NCBI GenBank assembly: GCA_017504625.1
Contig: JAFVQU010000020.1
Location: 258,738-322,737, forward strand
Source: Clostridia bacterium
Lineage (GTDB): Bacteria; Bacillota; Clostridia; Oscillospirales; CAG-272
DNA: 64,000 nt
Reading direction: 5' to 3'
Below the pieces are notes generated by a model. That model was not told the DNA's origin. It searched no databases and saw only the letters and a list, made by a program, of their open reading frames with translations. The position numbers were made by a program, and so were the translations under genes. Shown here piece after piece: positions 37,529 through 47,865 of the stretch (positions are counted from its first letter, which is position 1; each line of letters starts with the position of its first letter).

Positions 37529-37998
37529 GGATCGGTCACGGATATGACGTTCATAGACTTGTTGAAGGAAGAAAATGTATAATCGGAGGTGTAGAGATCC
37601 CTTACGATAAGGGACTGCTTGGACACTCTGATGCAGACGTTCTTTTACACGCGATTATGGATTCAGTTCTCGGTGCTATGGCTCAGGGAGATATCGGCAA
37701 GCATTTTCCCGACAATGATGCTCGCTATAAGGGTGCAGACAGTTTAATGCTATGCTCTGCCGTATACGAGATTATGAAGAATAAGGGATATATTATCGGC
37801 AATATTGATGCTACGGTAATTGCACAGGCACCAAAGCTCTCTCCTTACATTGAACAGATGCGAGAAAAGATAGCTTGTGCTTTTAAAACAGACATTGAAA
37901 ACGTCAGCGTCAAAGCAACAACCGAGGAAAAGCTTGGCTTTACCGGTGAAGGACTTGGCATTGCCGCCCACGCGGCGTGTCTTCTTCAAAAGGTGTGA
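37525..37998 (+). CDS. ispF: 2-C-methyl-D-erythritol 2,4-cyclodiphosphate synthase
   Basis: [23 protein letters not shown], and an ATGA overlap with ispD. Confidence 0.95.
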   Translation: MRIGHGYDVHRLVEGRKCIIGGVEIPYDKGLLGHSDADVLLHAIMDSVLGAMAQGDIGKHFPDNDARYKGADSLMLCSAVYEIMKNKGYIIGNIDATVIAQAPKLSPYIEQMREKIACAFKTDIENVSVKATTEEKLGFTGEGLGIAAHAACLLQKV

Positions 37999-38185
37999 AA
38001 AATGCCGCAGAAATCTGCGGCATGTATAAGAATCGCTCGGATACGCCCCGTGATATTGGGTACGTCCGTTATTTGAAACGAGAAAAAGGCTTCTCCGAAG
38101 CGTTGCCTTATACGACATAATATGATACAGTTCGATATAATTCCACAACAATGATAAGATTTTATACGAAAGGTTAGGTGTGTGT

Positions 38186-38857
38186 ATGCTTTATATTGCT
38201 CCTTCTCTGCTTGCAGCCGATTTTGCAAATCTTGCAGCTGAAATCAATAGAGTTGAACAGGCAGGTGCGCAATATCTTCACCTTGACGTAATGGACGGAG
38301 CGTTTGTTCCCAACATTACGTTTGGTCCTGAGCTTATTTCTGCAATAAGAAAATGCACTAATATGATATTTGACGTGCATCTTATGATAAAGCGTCCCGA
38401 AAGATACATAGACAGATTTGTTAAGGCGGGAGCGGACATAATTACCGTTCATTACGAGGCTTGCGAAAATCCGATGTCTGTCGTCCACCTTATTCATTCT
38501 TATGAAATGAAGGCGGCGGTCGCAGTTTCGCCCAAAACCCCTGTTGAACATCTATTCCCTCTTATTGAGCATATTGATATGGCGCTTATTATGACGGTTG
38601 AGCCGGGATTTGGCGGACAGTCGCTTATTCCCGAAACTATTGAGAAGGTATCTACGCTTCGCAGATATGCACTTGAACGCGGAATCGACATTGATATTGA
38701 GGTTGACGGTGGAATCAGCGAGAAAAACGTTGCTGAGCTTACGTCGGCAGGTGCTAACATTATCGTTGCAGGCTCTGCAATATTTAAATCCAAGAAGCCT
38801 CGCAAGGTCATTCATCAGATGAAGGATGCCGCGGCAAAAAATCCATTTAAGGGATAA
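38186..38857 (+). CDS. rpe: Ribulose-phosphate 3-epimerase
   Basis: IAPSLLAADF, HLDVMDG and VDGGI. ATG 38186 is preferred over the listed GTG at 38180. Confidence 0.9.
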   Translation: MLYIAPSLLAADFANLAAEINRVEQAGAQYLHLDVMDGAFVPNITFGPELISAIRKCTNMIFDVHLMIKRPERYIDRFVKAGADIITVHYEACENPMSVVHLIHSYEMKAAVAVSPKTPVEHLFPLIEHIDMALIMTVEPGFGGQSLIPETIEKVSTLRRYALERGIDIDIEVDGGISEKNVAELTSAGANIIVAGSAIFKSKKPRKVIHQMKDAAAKNPFKG

Positions 38858-38862
38858 TAAAA

Positions 38863-38892
38863 ATGCTCTGCGATAAGCAGAGCGTTTTTTTA
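38863..38892 (+). terminator. Rho-independent terminator of rpe
   Basis: Stem gctctgc (38865-38871) pairs with gcagagc (38877-38883), followed by a T-run at 38885-38891. Confidence 0.75.
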
Positions 38893-38898
38893 TAAAGG

Positions 38899-38931
38899 AA
38901 ATCGGGAGAAGGTTTAGCTTCTCCCGATTTT
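38899..38931 (-). terminator. Hairpin terminator downstream of alaS
   Basis: A 13 bp stem aaatcgggagaag/cttctcccgattt. The U-tract on the minus strand is weak. Confidence 0.55.
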
Positions 38932-38935
38932 ATGA

Positions 38936-41566
38936 TTATTTAAGCATACCTTCAAGAGTTGCCTTCGCACTTGCAAGTGCTTCTGCAATCTTGTCTGCGT
39001 CGCGTCCGCCTGCCATAGCACTATCGGGACGTCCGCCACCCTTACCGCCGGTAACTGCGGCAACCGCGCCTACGAGTTTACCTGCGTGTGCGCCTGCGGC
39101 TACTGCATCCTTGCCTGCAACTGCAATAAAGTTGAGCTTGTCGCCTGCCTTTACAGCAATAACTGCAACGATGTCAGCCTTGTCAGCCTTGATCTTGTCG
39201 GAAAGACTTCTTGCGGCATCGATCTCCATGCCTTCTGCAAGATAAGTTACGAGCTTTACCTTGCCGAGATCAATAGCGTTTGCGAGAACCTCGTCAAGCT
39301 TGCTTCCTGCGAGCTTGGAGTTAAGAGCCTCGATCTCCTTCTTCATGGATGCGATCTCGCCCTGAAGCTGAGTTGCTCTTTTAGCGATATCAGCTGGATT
39401 CTGAACCTTAAGCTCTGCCGCGGTGTTTGCGATGAGCTTATCCTTTGCGCTGATAAGGTTAAGAACGCCCATGCCTGTAACTGCTTCAATACGGCGCACG
39501 CCTGCGGCTACGCTCGACTCGGATGTGATCTTGAAAAGACCGATCTTGCCGGTGTTGTTGCAGTGAGTACCTCCGCAAAGCTCGGTTGAGAAGTTGCCCA
39601 TCTTAACCATACGGACAACACTGCCGTACTTTTCACCGAAGAGTGCCATAGCACCGTTCTTCTTAGCGGTTTCAATATCGGTTTCCATTGTAACGATATC
39701 GTTAGCCGCGAGAATATTGATATTTACAAGTGCCTCTACCTTTTGGATCTCGTCTGCGGTAAGAGCTGCAAAGTGAGTAAAGTCAAAGCGACAAACGTCC
39801 TCGTTTACGTAAGAGCCTGCCTGCTCGACGTGGTTACCGAGAACTGTTCTGAGCGCCGCCTGAAGTAAGTGAGCCGCAGAGTGATTACGGCAGGTTGCCA
39901 TACGCTTGGAGTCGTTGATATCAGCCGTAACCTTGTCGCCAACCTTCAACTCACCGTTTGCCACGGTGCAGAGGTGGATATAAACTCCATCGGTCTTCTT
40001 TGTATCATAAACCGTGCCGAGAAAGTTGTCAGAGTAAATAGTACCGGTATCGCCTACCTGTCCACCTCCCTCTCCGTAGAAAGGAGTGCGGTCGAGAACG
40101 ATAGTGCATTCACCCTCGGAAATCGTGTCAACGCTTCCCTCTTCACTGAGGATTGCAATTACCTTTGCCTCGCTCTTGAAGTCGGTATAGCCTGTAAATT
40201 CGGTCTTGGGAAGATCGGAAAGAAGTGACTTGGAGGATTCGTCCCAGCCGCCGATGTTAGCTCTTGCCTCTCTTGCGCGAACCTTCTGCTGCTGCATAAG
40301 CTCAAGGAACTTAGCCTCGTCGATCTTGAGGTTGCTTTCAGCCGCGATCTCACGTGTAAGGTCGATCGGGAATCCAAATGTATCGTAAAGCTTGAATACC
40401 TCTTCGCCCGAAATAGTGTCTGCGTTTTCAGCAACCGCGCCTCTGATAAGGTCAGAGAGGATAGAAAGACCTGCGTCAACGGTTGCGTCGAAGCGCTCCT
40501 CTTCCATAGAAATGACCTTGAGGATATAATCGCGCTTTTCTTCAAGCTCGGGATATGCCCTGCAGCTTTCGTTGATTGCAACCGTTACGGTGTCAACAAG
40601 GAAAGCATGGTTGATGCCGAGGAGCTTACCGTGACGGCAAGCGCGACGAATTATACGGCGAAGAACGTAGCCTCTTCCCTCATTGGAAGGAATTACGCCG
40701 TCGCTTATCATAAACATTGCACTTCTCGAGTGGTCGGTAACTACACGGATAGAGATATCGTTATCTGCGTTGTCGCCGTAGGTCTTGCCTGCGATCTCGC
40801 AGGTCTTGTCGATAACCTTACGGATAGAGTCGACCTCGAACATATTGTCAACGCCCTGCATTACGCAAGCAAGACGCTCAAGTCCCATACCGGTATCGAT
40901 ATTCTTCTGCGCAAGCTCGGTGTAGTTGCCGTGACCGTCGTTATTGAACTGAGAGAATACGTTGTTCCAGATCTCCATAAATCTGTCGCAATCGCAACCG
41001 GGCTTACAGTCGTCGCTTCCGCAACCGTACTTGATGCCACGGTCAAAATAGATCTCGGAGCAAGGACCGCAGGGGCCGCTTCCGTGCTCCCAGAAGTTGT
41101 CTGCCTTGCCAAGACGAACTACGTGCGCGGGATTTACGCCTATCTTGTTTACCCAGATGTCGTAAGCCTCCTCGTCGTGCTCGTAGATAGAGGGCCAAAG
41201 GAGGTCAGCGGGGATCTCAAGCCAACCGGTGAGGAATTCCCAAGACCAAGCGATAGCCTCCTCCTTGAAGTAATCACCGAACGAGAAGTTACCAAGCATC
41301 TCGAAGAAGGTGCCGTGACGAGCGGTGTGACCAACGCGTTCAAGGTCAGGAGTTCTGATGCACTTCTGACAAGTGGTAACGCGGTTTCTGGGGGGAACTT
41401 CTTCGCCTGTGAAGAACTTCTTCATAGGCGCCATACCCGAGTTTATAAGTAAAAGAGATTTGTCGTTATGAGGAACGAGTGAATACGAGGGCAAACGAAG
41501 ATGTCCCTTGGATTCAAAGAACGAGAGATATTTCTCTCTGAGGTCATTGAGTGATGTCCACTGCAT
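38936..41566 (-). CDS. alaS: Alanine--tRNA ligase
   Basis: 876 aa, N-terminus LREKYLSFFESKGH, editing-domain HxxxH (HSAAHLL), and a C-terminal DHHA1-like region. Confidence 0.97.
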   Translation of the reverse strand: MQWTSLNDLREKYLSFFESKGHLRLPSYSLVPHNDKSLLLINSGMAPMKKFFTGEEVPPRNRVTTCQKCIRTPDLERVGHTARHGTFFEMLGNFSFGDYFKEEAIAWSWEFLTGWLEIPADLLWPSIYEHDEEAYDIWVNKIGVNPAHVVRLGKADNFWEHGSGPCGPCSEIYFDRGIKYGCGSDDCKPGCDCDRFMEIWNNVFSQFNNDGHGNYTELAQKNIDTGMGLERLACVMQGVDNMFEVDSIRKVIDKTCEIAGKTYGDNADNDISIRVVTDHSRSAMFMISDGVIPSNEGRGYVLRRIIRRACRHGKLLGINHAFLVDTVTVAINESCRAYPELEEKRDYILKVISMEEERFDATVDAGLSILSDLIRGAVAENADTISGEEVFKLYDTFGFPIDLTREIAAESNLKIDEAKFLELMQQQKVRAREARANIGGWDESSKSLLSDLPKTEFTGYTDFKSEAKVIAILSEEGSVDTISEGECTIVLDRTPFYGEGGGQVGDTGTIYSDNFLGTVYDTKKTDGVYIHLCTVANGELKVGDKVTADINDSKRMATCRNHSAAHLLQAALRTVLGNHVEQAGSYVNEDVCRFDFTHFAALTADEIQKVEALVNINILAANDIVTMETDIETAKKNGAMALFGEKYGSVVRMVKMGNFSTELCGGTHCNNTGKIGLFKITSESSVAAGVRRIEAVTGMGVLNLISAKDKLIANTAAELKVQNPADIAKRATQLQGEIASMKKEIEALNSKLAGSKLDEVLANAIDLGKVKLVTYLAEGMEIDAARSLSDKIKADKADIVAVIAVKAGDKLNFIAVAGKDAVAAGAHAGKLVGAVAAVTGGKGGGRPDSAMAGGRDADKIAEALASAKATLEGMLK

Positions 41567-41625
41567 TTTTTATATGTCCTTTCAAATTTTAATCAAGTTA
41601 AACGTGCTTTTGCACATACATATTT

Positions 41626-41654
41626 ATTATATCACCAATGGATTTTCAAGTCAA
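41626..41654 (-). promoter_or_regulatory. SigA-type promoter TTGACT-N17-TATAAT for alaS
   Basis: On the minus strand, TTGACT is at 41654-41649, the spacer is 17 nt, and TATAAT is at 41631-41626. Confidence 0.55.
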
Positions 41655-41730
41655 GAGATTTTTCTTCGATTTTTGCTTCTTTTTAGTTACTTTTTGCTCT
41701 GAAAACCACTATTTTTTCTCTAAAATTTCA

Positions 41731-41768
41731 CAAGAAGAAGATAAAAATTACAAAAGCGCGAGTTTCCT
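41731..41768 (-). terminator. Rho-independent terminator of the 1050 aa gene
   Basis: Stem aaaagcgcgag (41742-41752) pairs with ctcgcgctttt (41757-41767), with a U-run on the minus strand. Confidence 0.7.
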
Positions 41769-41787
41769 CGCGCTTTTGTGTTTTAAA

Positions 41788-44700
41788 TTAATTGTTTTTG
41801 CTTTCTGTAATTTTGCGAAGACTTTCAGATTCCTCGTCATCGCATGACTGAATGTTAAGTATGTTATCACACATAAAGTACTTATAGCCAAGCATATTGC
41901 AAAGGTTGATTATTTTGAATACAGGCAATCCATCGCGGAGCTTGAACGTATAGCCAAGTGCTATATCAACACCGTCGATTAATGCTCTGTCGCTGCCAAC
42001 CTTGAAGATAAGTGTACGCTCATCTGCGGTTTTGATGGTTAACGTTTGATCTACTCTATTCCATTCGTGATGTAGCATCATCAACGAATAGAATATTCGG
42101 TCACAGACTATCTCATAGTCACCGTCATCGAGAGCCTTAGGTTCAAACGCCATAGAATAATTGATGTGATTTATCTTGACTGAGAGATCATTATCCTCAT
42201 GAGGATAATTCATAAATTCAACAAGTTCAATCCTAAATTCGGTTCCGCTTATATTGTTGGGGTCAATTCTGATTTTTGTAACGTTACCCTTCCAGTCGTT
42301 ATGAGATCCAAGTTTGAAATAATAATCGATCACAGCATCGGTCTTTGTGACTCGTTCCTTTTCGCATCTTCTTGCATCAAATGCTTGAAATGCTGACTCA
42401 GACGTTACGTAATATACTTCCACATCACCCTTGTAGTTGCTTTGCATCCTGATGTGCAAAATAGGAGCATCCTTGGCGTTAATAATTTTACTGATTTCAA
42501 CATCCACACCAAAGTCGGTTGTAGTACCTATTCCGCAAATTCCTTGCTTTGTTGATGTTAAACCGATAATGTTGTTGTGTGTATCTCCCCAAATGCCTGC
42601 TCCGTACGTTATATTATGAGTGCTAAAATACTGGCTTGTATCGTTAATCATCGCTTCCTTTTCCGACTCTTCAAGGAAATATCGGCGGATAGAGGAACGA
42701 TTGCTGGGATACATATGTGAAACTCTACGGATCTGCTCCTTGGTGGGCTTTATGTCGATCTTTGAGTGGTCGCTTGTATCATCTGTAAAGGTTTTTCTTA
42801 TATTTTCAAGATATGAAAATCCGATTCTCTCGGTCGGGCATATATAAGTTCCCTCTGTGTACTCATTCCATGTGGAGAAGATTATAGTGTTATCCTTCCA
42901 AGTACCTGTTTTATAGGTTGCAAGAAGATTTTTTATATCCTGACATACTGCCAGATGATCCTCGGCGGTAATGATGGGGTATCTTGTGCCATGACGCGGG
43001 AGAGAGTTAAAGCCTACCGAAACGCTGGGGACGTGTACTGAAGATGCACGAAGCGCATTCTTTGCATTTGTTCTGTTATATTCGATCTGCATCTGGGGAT
43101 CGTATCCGCTTGTTCCGTAGTGGTAAACATAAGACCCATCGTAGCCAAGAGCTGAATACTTTGTATAATCCTCATAGGGCTCTCCACCCATCGTCGTATA
43201 TAGGAGAACAAGTCCTTTGAATTTATCATCTTCGTTTGGGAATTCAATAGCCATAAGATCAGCTTCCATAAAGGCTACTGCCTCCTTAAACTGCTCTTCT
43301 CCTCCAAACATAGATGTAAGAAGATTTCTGTTCCACACGGTGATAAGAGCTTTTCCATCAAGGCGCATGTATCGCTTATCAGTAAAATAGTACTCTTTCC
43401 AGTACGGCCAGATAAATTTCTTAAATTGATCAAGGCTTGTAAATCCCTTAGTATCGTTTTCCCAAAGAAGACAGAATTTGACGAGATTACTGTATTTTGC
43501 ATACATGTAGCCATCGTGAAGTGCCGCATGTGAACGGTACATTTTCTTTATTGGGACGTTTACGTCATGACCGGGGCAGTACCAGCAAACGTTCATAAAG
43601 TCAATGCCGTGCTCCGCCATATACTTGATTTCCCAGTCTGCAGTTTCGCGAAGCCCCTCGTCGTAATAGCCAATGTAAGGTTCGATCTCGGGGAAAGATG
43701 AAGCGGCATCCCAACCCTCGCCGGAGTTGCTGTCTCTCCATATCCAACAGACATTTACACCAATGTTGTAATTGGCAGATTGTGCCACCTGGGGATATGC
43801 GGGATAGTCCTCGTGGTCATAAAGGTTATAAAGCACAACATCGTCAAACCACATAGTAGCATCTTTTTTTGGAGCGAATTCAATCTTTACGCCGTCAAAT
43901 GAGTCTGAAAGGAAGCGTATATCGGCTCTTTTTTTACCATTAACGTACACCTCTGCAATACCGGTTGCAGTATCCGCATCGATGTGCAGGCATTGCCATA
44001 CGTTTTCTGTATAATTGTGAAGGATAGAGTCACCCATAACGATATTGTCGTTCTTGGTTTCAAACTTGAGAATTTCAACTCCGCTTGAGGTGAGAGCAAC
44101 CGATGCACCGTCAACTTTTTGTGGAAAAAGGACATATGTCTCAAAAGCAAATTTGCCGTATATTTTGTCAAAGCTCTTGGTTGCTGTGGATATCGAATTT
44201 GCAGTCGATTCAGCACAAACGCTATACACGTTATAATAATACTCACTTGGCATATATGCAAGCTTAAAGTTGCCTTCTATACTCCAGTCGGAAGGTTTTT
44301 GACCTATGAGATTTGATGTAGACATAAATCTATCCGAAAGGACGTAGTTCTTGTCAAGTACGGCGTGAAGTAGGGTTATGCTTCCTGTGCCCTTCTTGTT
44401 TGTTCCAAGTACAAGCTCGGATACAGAGATATCACTTGAAACGTTGACCTTTCCAATGTATTCGTTGTTAACCGTAAGTGAGGCGATACTACGATCAATA
44501 TCTAACTCGAGGATCATGAGATACTGTTTGCTTTCAGAGTGATCAATACTGATGTAAGATGTTATATTGCTTACACCTTTAAATGTCATGTATCCATTTT
44601 CTTCGGCAATTTCGACAACTTTGATGCCACTTTCATCTCTAAAGGCGACGTATGCACCTCCGTTTTCTGATGCGAGTTCAAGAAGAAGCTCAAGTCGAAG

Positions 44701-44931
44701 TATTCCATCGCGCTCAGTGTCAAATTTTCTTGACAATGAGTAAAAACTGTCGTTTGAAAGATCAACTATCTTATTTCGCGGGCCTTTTCTTGTTTTCAAT
44801 GTGTCAAAACGGTTGTCTATAGTCCATCCGTTTGGCAATGCACCCGTGAGAAAACTGTAGCCTTCAATAATGGTGTAGGCTTCACCATATGCGTTAGTCT
44901 TTCTAAGATCAGTGCAAGTTTCTTTTTTCAT
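41788..44931 (-). CDS. Large multidomain protein: two N-terminal jelly-roll/LamG-like modules, a central GH99-like/WbsX-like domain, and a C-terminal copper-amine-oxidase-N-like domain
   Basis: The central block (YIGYYDEG..DWEIKYMAEHGIDF ... FSTWNEYTEGTYI) resembles the WbsX/GH99-like family. The C-terminal approx. 100 aa resembles the Cu-amine-oxidase N-terminal stalk domain. There is no signal peptide, and the start (TTG 44940 or ATG 44931) has no SD. Confidence 0.55.
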   Translation of the reverse strand: MKKETCTDLRKTNAYGEAYTIIEGYSFLTGALPNGWTIDNRFDTLKTRKGPRNKIVDLSNDSFYSLSRKFDTERDGILRLELLLELASENGGAYVAFRDESGIKVVEIAEENGYMTFKGVSNITSYISIDHSESKQYLMILELDIDRSIASLTVNNEYIGKVNVSSDISVSELVLGTNKKGTGSITLLHAVLDKNYVLSDRFMSTSNLIGQKPSDWSIEGNFKLAYMPSEYYYNVYSVCAESTANSISTATKSFDKIYGKFAFETYVLFPQKVDGASVALTSSGVEILKFETKNDNIVMGDSILHNYTENVWQCLHIDADTATGIAEVYVNGKKRADIRFLSDSFDGVKIEFAPKKDATMWFDDVVLYNLYDHEDYPAYPQVAQSANYNIGVNVCWIWRDSNSGEGWDAASSFPEIEPYIGYYDEGLRETADWEIKYMAEHGIDFMNVCWYCPGHDVNVPIKKMYRSHAALHDGYMYAKYSNLVKFCLLWENDTKGFTSLDQFKKFIWPYWKEYYFTDKRYMRLDGKALITVWNRNLLTSMFGGEEQFKEAVAFMEADLMAIEFPNEDDKFKGLVLLYTTMGGEPYEDYTKYSALGYDGSYVYHYGTSGYDPQMQIEYNRTNAKNALRASSVHVPSVSVGFNSLPRHGTRYPIITAEDHLAVCQDIKNLLATYKTGTWKDNTIIFSTWNEYTEGTYICPTERIGFSYLENIRKTFTDDTSDHSKIDIKPTKEQIRRVSHMYPSNRSSIRRYFLEESEKEAMINDTSQYFSTHNITYGAGIWGDTHNNIIGLTSTKQGICGIGTTTDFGVDVEISKIINAKDAPILHIRMQSNYKGDVEVYYVTSESAFQAFDARRCEKERVTKTDAVIDYYFKLGSHNDWKGNVTKIRIDPNNISGTEFRIELVEFMNYPHEDNDLSVKINHINYSMAFEPKALDDGDYEIVCDRIFYSLMMLHHEWNRVDQTLTIKTADERTLIFKVGSDRALIDGVDIALGYTFKLRDGLPVFKIINLCNMLGYKYFMCDNILNIQSCDDEESESLRKITESKNN

Positions 44932-45042
44932 TTTGTTCAAAAAATAGTTTTTTTAAAAGTGCGGTTTTGAATGAAGTATCAAAGGTTACTTTTTGATTAG
45001 TTGCTTATAGTTTATCGTTGTGTATGCAATACAGGTTCAATA

Positions 45043-45906
45043 TTATTTGTCACTGTCAGCATAAAGCGCGGCACCAATTACCGTACCAAAGCTTGCGTTT
45101 TCGGGAATAATAAAGTTTATGCCGAAGGATGCAAGGTTATTGAAGACGTCCTGAACGGGCTTTATCGTTGTAAGGTTACCGATAAGCACGACGTTCTTTA
45201 TACCGTGACCGTTTGCGGCAAACACCGCCATCATTGCGATAGTTTCCGCTACCATATTAGCAACACCGAGAGCAATATCACCAGCGCTTGCCATATCGGA
45301 CACCTTTCCAAAGTTTGACGCGGTGAGGTTTTCGTTTACGCCTGTAAATTTCGCGTTTTTGGATATATCTCCCACCCTGAGATCTATGTTTTTGAGATTA
45401 CCCTCCTCGCAGATCTCTTCTATATGCTCAATAGTATCAATTCCTGTCATTTTCTTGGTAAGACCGAGAAGCGTACCGCCGCCGACACCCGTACCTCCGA
45501 GGTAGTTGATTTGAGTGTTATTTCCCTCTTTCTTTGCGTGAATAAGCGCAGTACCCGTACCCATACTGACGATAATTGCTTCATCAAGCCCTGAGAGATA
45601 AAGACCTCCGAGAGCCGCCGCCGAGAATTCAGGCACGATATGGCAATCAAGCGAGTATATAGGCTGCTGCATGTGGGTTGCGCCTACTCCTGTTACCATT
45701 ACTCTGTCAATGTCTGAAAGACCAAGCTTATTTTCGGTCGTAAATTTACCAAACGCGCCGTAAATCGAGGTTATAGGGTCGGTTGCGCGCACAAGCAAGG
45801 GAGAGGTAAGGTTATTTATTCCGTTATCGTCTGTAGTAAATCCGACTATTTTTGTATTGCTACCGCCGACGTCTATGCCGATTACGTATTTTTTACTGTC
45901 GATCAT
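45043..45906 (-). CDS. coaW: Type II pantothenate kinase (fumble/CoaW type)
   Basis: Blocks IGIDVGGSNTKIVG, SMGTGTA, GGTGVGGGTLLGL and ASNFGK. ATG 45906 has an AAGGAG RBS. Confidence 0.7.
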   Translation of the reverse strand: MIDSKKYVIGIDVGGSNTKIVGFTTDDNGINNLTSPLLVRATDPITSIYGAFGKFTTENKLGLSDIDRVMVTGVGATHMQQPIYSLDCHIVPEFSAAALGGLYLSGLDEAIIVSMGTGTALIHAKKEGNNTQINYLGGTGVGGGTLLGLTKKMTGIDTIEHIEEICEEGNLKNIDLRVGDISKNAKFTGVNENLTASNFGKVSDMASAGDIALGVANMVAETIAMMAVFAANGHGIKNVVLIGNLTTIKPVQDVFNNLASFGINFIIPENASFGTVIGAALYADSDK

Positions 45907-45981
45907 TTTTATATCTCCTTGATTAATAAAGACGTTAAAATGAGAAAATATCAAACATTTTCAATTTATTATACCACCGCC

Positions 45982-46010
45982 TTGAAAAAAAATCAAGTAT
46001 GTGTTATAAT
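45982..46010 (+). promoter_or_regulatory. SigA-type promoter TTGAAA-N17-TATAAT
   Basis: TTGAAA at 45982-45987, a 17 nt spacer, and TATAAT at 46005-46010, upstream of rqcH. Confidence 0.5.
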
Positions 46011-46064
46011 AATGTTCAGAATATTAGTTATTGCCTCGCTTTATGGGGGCAGATCGGAGTGAAA

Positions 46065-47831
46065 ATGGCTTTTGATGCCGGTATGCTCGCCTGCGTGATA
46101 CATGAAATAAAAAGTATCGCGGAGGGCGGCAGAATTGAAAAAATATATCAGCCTGAAAAGGACGAAATAATATTGCAAATGCGCACGACCGTGGGCGGAA
46201 AGCGTTTGCTTATCAACGCGGGCTCTAATTGCCCAAGATTGAGCTTTACTTCGGCACAGCGTGAAAATCCTATGCAAGCGCCTATGTTTTGCATGCTTTT
46301 ACGCAAGCACCTGACTGGTGCTTGTCTTTCGTCGGTTGAACAGCTTGGCTTTGAGCGAGTTGCCAAGCTTTGCTTTGATACACGCGATGAAATGGGCTAC
46401 GAATGCAAAAAATACCTTATTGCCGAGATAATGGGCAAATACAGCAATCTTATTTTTACTGACGAGAACATGAAGGTTATTGCGTCGCTCAAGACGGTTG
46501 ACTTTACCACAAGCAGTCTTCGTCAGGTCTTACCGGGTATGCGCTATGAGCTTCCCCCCGCACAGAATAAGCTTGACCCGACGAAAACAAGCATTGAAGA
46601 ATTTATGAATGCTTATTCAAGCGCTTTGTCCGACAAGAGTGTTGAAAAATTTATAACCTCAACCTATCTTGGAATTGCGTCGAGCATAGCAAGAGAGCTT
46701 TCCTTCAGAGCGTGTGGTAAATATGACGCTTTAGTATGGGAATGTAATTCTGAAAAGCTTTACCATGAATTTGAAGCACTTTATTCAGCGCTTGCGTGTG
46801 GGAAATATGAGCCCTGCGTTATAGTTGATTGTAGTTCGCCGATAGAATATGCCTTCACCTCTCTTTCGTATTTCGGACAGTATGAGATAAAGACTGTTGA
46901 GAGTGCAAGTGAGGCGCTTGATATTTACTTTGCGGGCAGAGATCGTGAGCAACGAATAAAGCAAAGAGCAGCTGACGTTTTACGTCTTTTGACTAACGCG
47001 GAATCCCGACTTGTAAAGAAGATCGCGGCGCAGGAGGGAGAGCTTGCCGATTGCGAAAAAGGCGAAAAGTATAAGGCGTATGGTGATCTCATAACCGCAA
47101 ATCTATACAAGCTGAAACGCGGTGATAAGGCTGTTGAGCTGATTGATTATGAGTCGTGGAATGAAGAAAAGCAGGATTTTGATACTGCCGTGATAGAGCT
47201 TGACGAACGACTCTCACCCGCCGCCAACGCACAAAGATATTATAAGCTCTACAACAAGTCGAAAACCGCAAAGGTAGAGCTTGCACGTCAGCTTGAGATA
47301 GCAAGGGGTGAGCTTGAATATATTTACAGTGTTTTTGACGCGCTTGCAAAGGCGGAAACAACCGCCGATCTTTCGGAAATACGCGACGAGCTATACAGAA
47401 GCGGTTACGCATCAAAGATGAAGGGATACGCCGCTCCCAAGAAGCAGCATGCGCCCGTTATCACGGAATTTATTACTACAAACGGTTACCGTGTGCTTTG
47501 CGGCAAGAATAATTATCAGAACGAATATATAACGCACAAGTTAGCCGAGCGTCACGACTATTGGTTCCACGCAAAGAATATGGCTGGATCTCACGTTCTT
47601 ATGATAACTAACGGTGAGGAACCGCCCGCACAAGATTTTACCGATGCGTGCGAGATCGCGGCGTACTATTCAAAGGCGAAAGGTACTGCAGCCGTTGAGG
47701 TTGATTATCTCTTCGCGCGAGGTGTTAAAAAGGTATCGGGAGCAAAGCCCGGATTCGTTATCTATCATAACAACTGGTCTGCCGTTGTCACACCTGATGA
47801 AGATAGAATACTTCGTATGAGAAAAAAGTAA
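46065..47831 (+). CDS. rqcH: Ribosome quality control factor RqcH (NFACT / FbpA family)
   Basis: MAFDAGML..I..IYQP is an NFACT-N domain. A coiled-coil middle follows. The C-terminal block HDYWFHAKNMAGSHV is NFACT-R/DUF814-like. Confidence 0.85.
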   Translation: MAFDAGMLACVIHEIKSIAEGGRIEKIYQPEKDEIILQMRTTVGGKRLLINAGSNCPRLSFTSAQRENPMQAPMFCMLLRKHLTGACLSSVEQLGFERVAKLCFDTRDEMGYECKKYLIAEIMGKYSNLIFTDENMKVIASLKTVDFTTSSLRQVLPGMRYELPPAQNKLDPTKTSIEEFMNAYSSALSDKSVEKFITSTYLGIASSIARELSFRACGKYDALVWECNSEKLYHEFEALYSALACGKYEPCVIVDCSSPIEYAFTSLSYFGQYEIKTVESASEALDIYFAGRDREQRIKQRAADVLRLLTNAESRLVKKIAAQEGELADCEKGEKYKAYGDLITANLYKLKRGDKAVELIDYESWNEEKQDFDTAVIELDERLSPAANAQRYYKLYNKSKTAKVELARQLEIARGELEYIYSVFDALAKAETTADLSEIRDELYRSGYASKMKGYAAPKKQHAPVITEFITTNGYRVLCGKNNYQNEYITHKLAERHDYWFHAKNMAGSHVLMITNGEEPPAQDFTDACEIAAYYSKAKGTAAVEVDYLFARGVKKVSGAKPGFVIYHNNWSAVVTPDEDRILRMRKK

Positions 47832-47865
47832 CTTGTAAACAAAATGTGAAGAAGAAGTTGATTCA

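Noticed and set aside
38000-38185. The 186 nt gap between ispF and rpe as a possible small RNA or riboswitch.
   Set aside because: I recognised only a weak hairpin (38002-38023, no U-tract) and no conserved riboswitch core. The evidence is insufficient to call anything.
40607-41452. A 281 aa plus-strand ORF, together with other ORFs of 60-170 aa inside 38991-41343.
   Set aside because: All lie antisense or out of frame within alaS. They have low-complexity Val/Ala/Thr composition and no RBS.
41567-41740. A possible T-box leader upstream of alaS.
   Set aside because: I read the minus strand and found a promoter about 55 nt from the start codon. I found no T-box sequence (AGGGTGGTACCGCG-like) and no specifier or antiterminator architecture. 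The region is too short.
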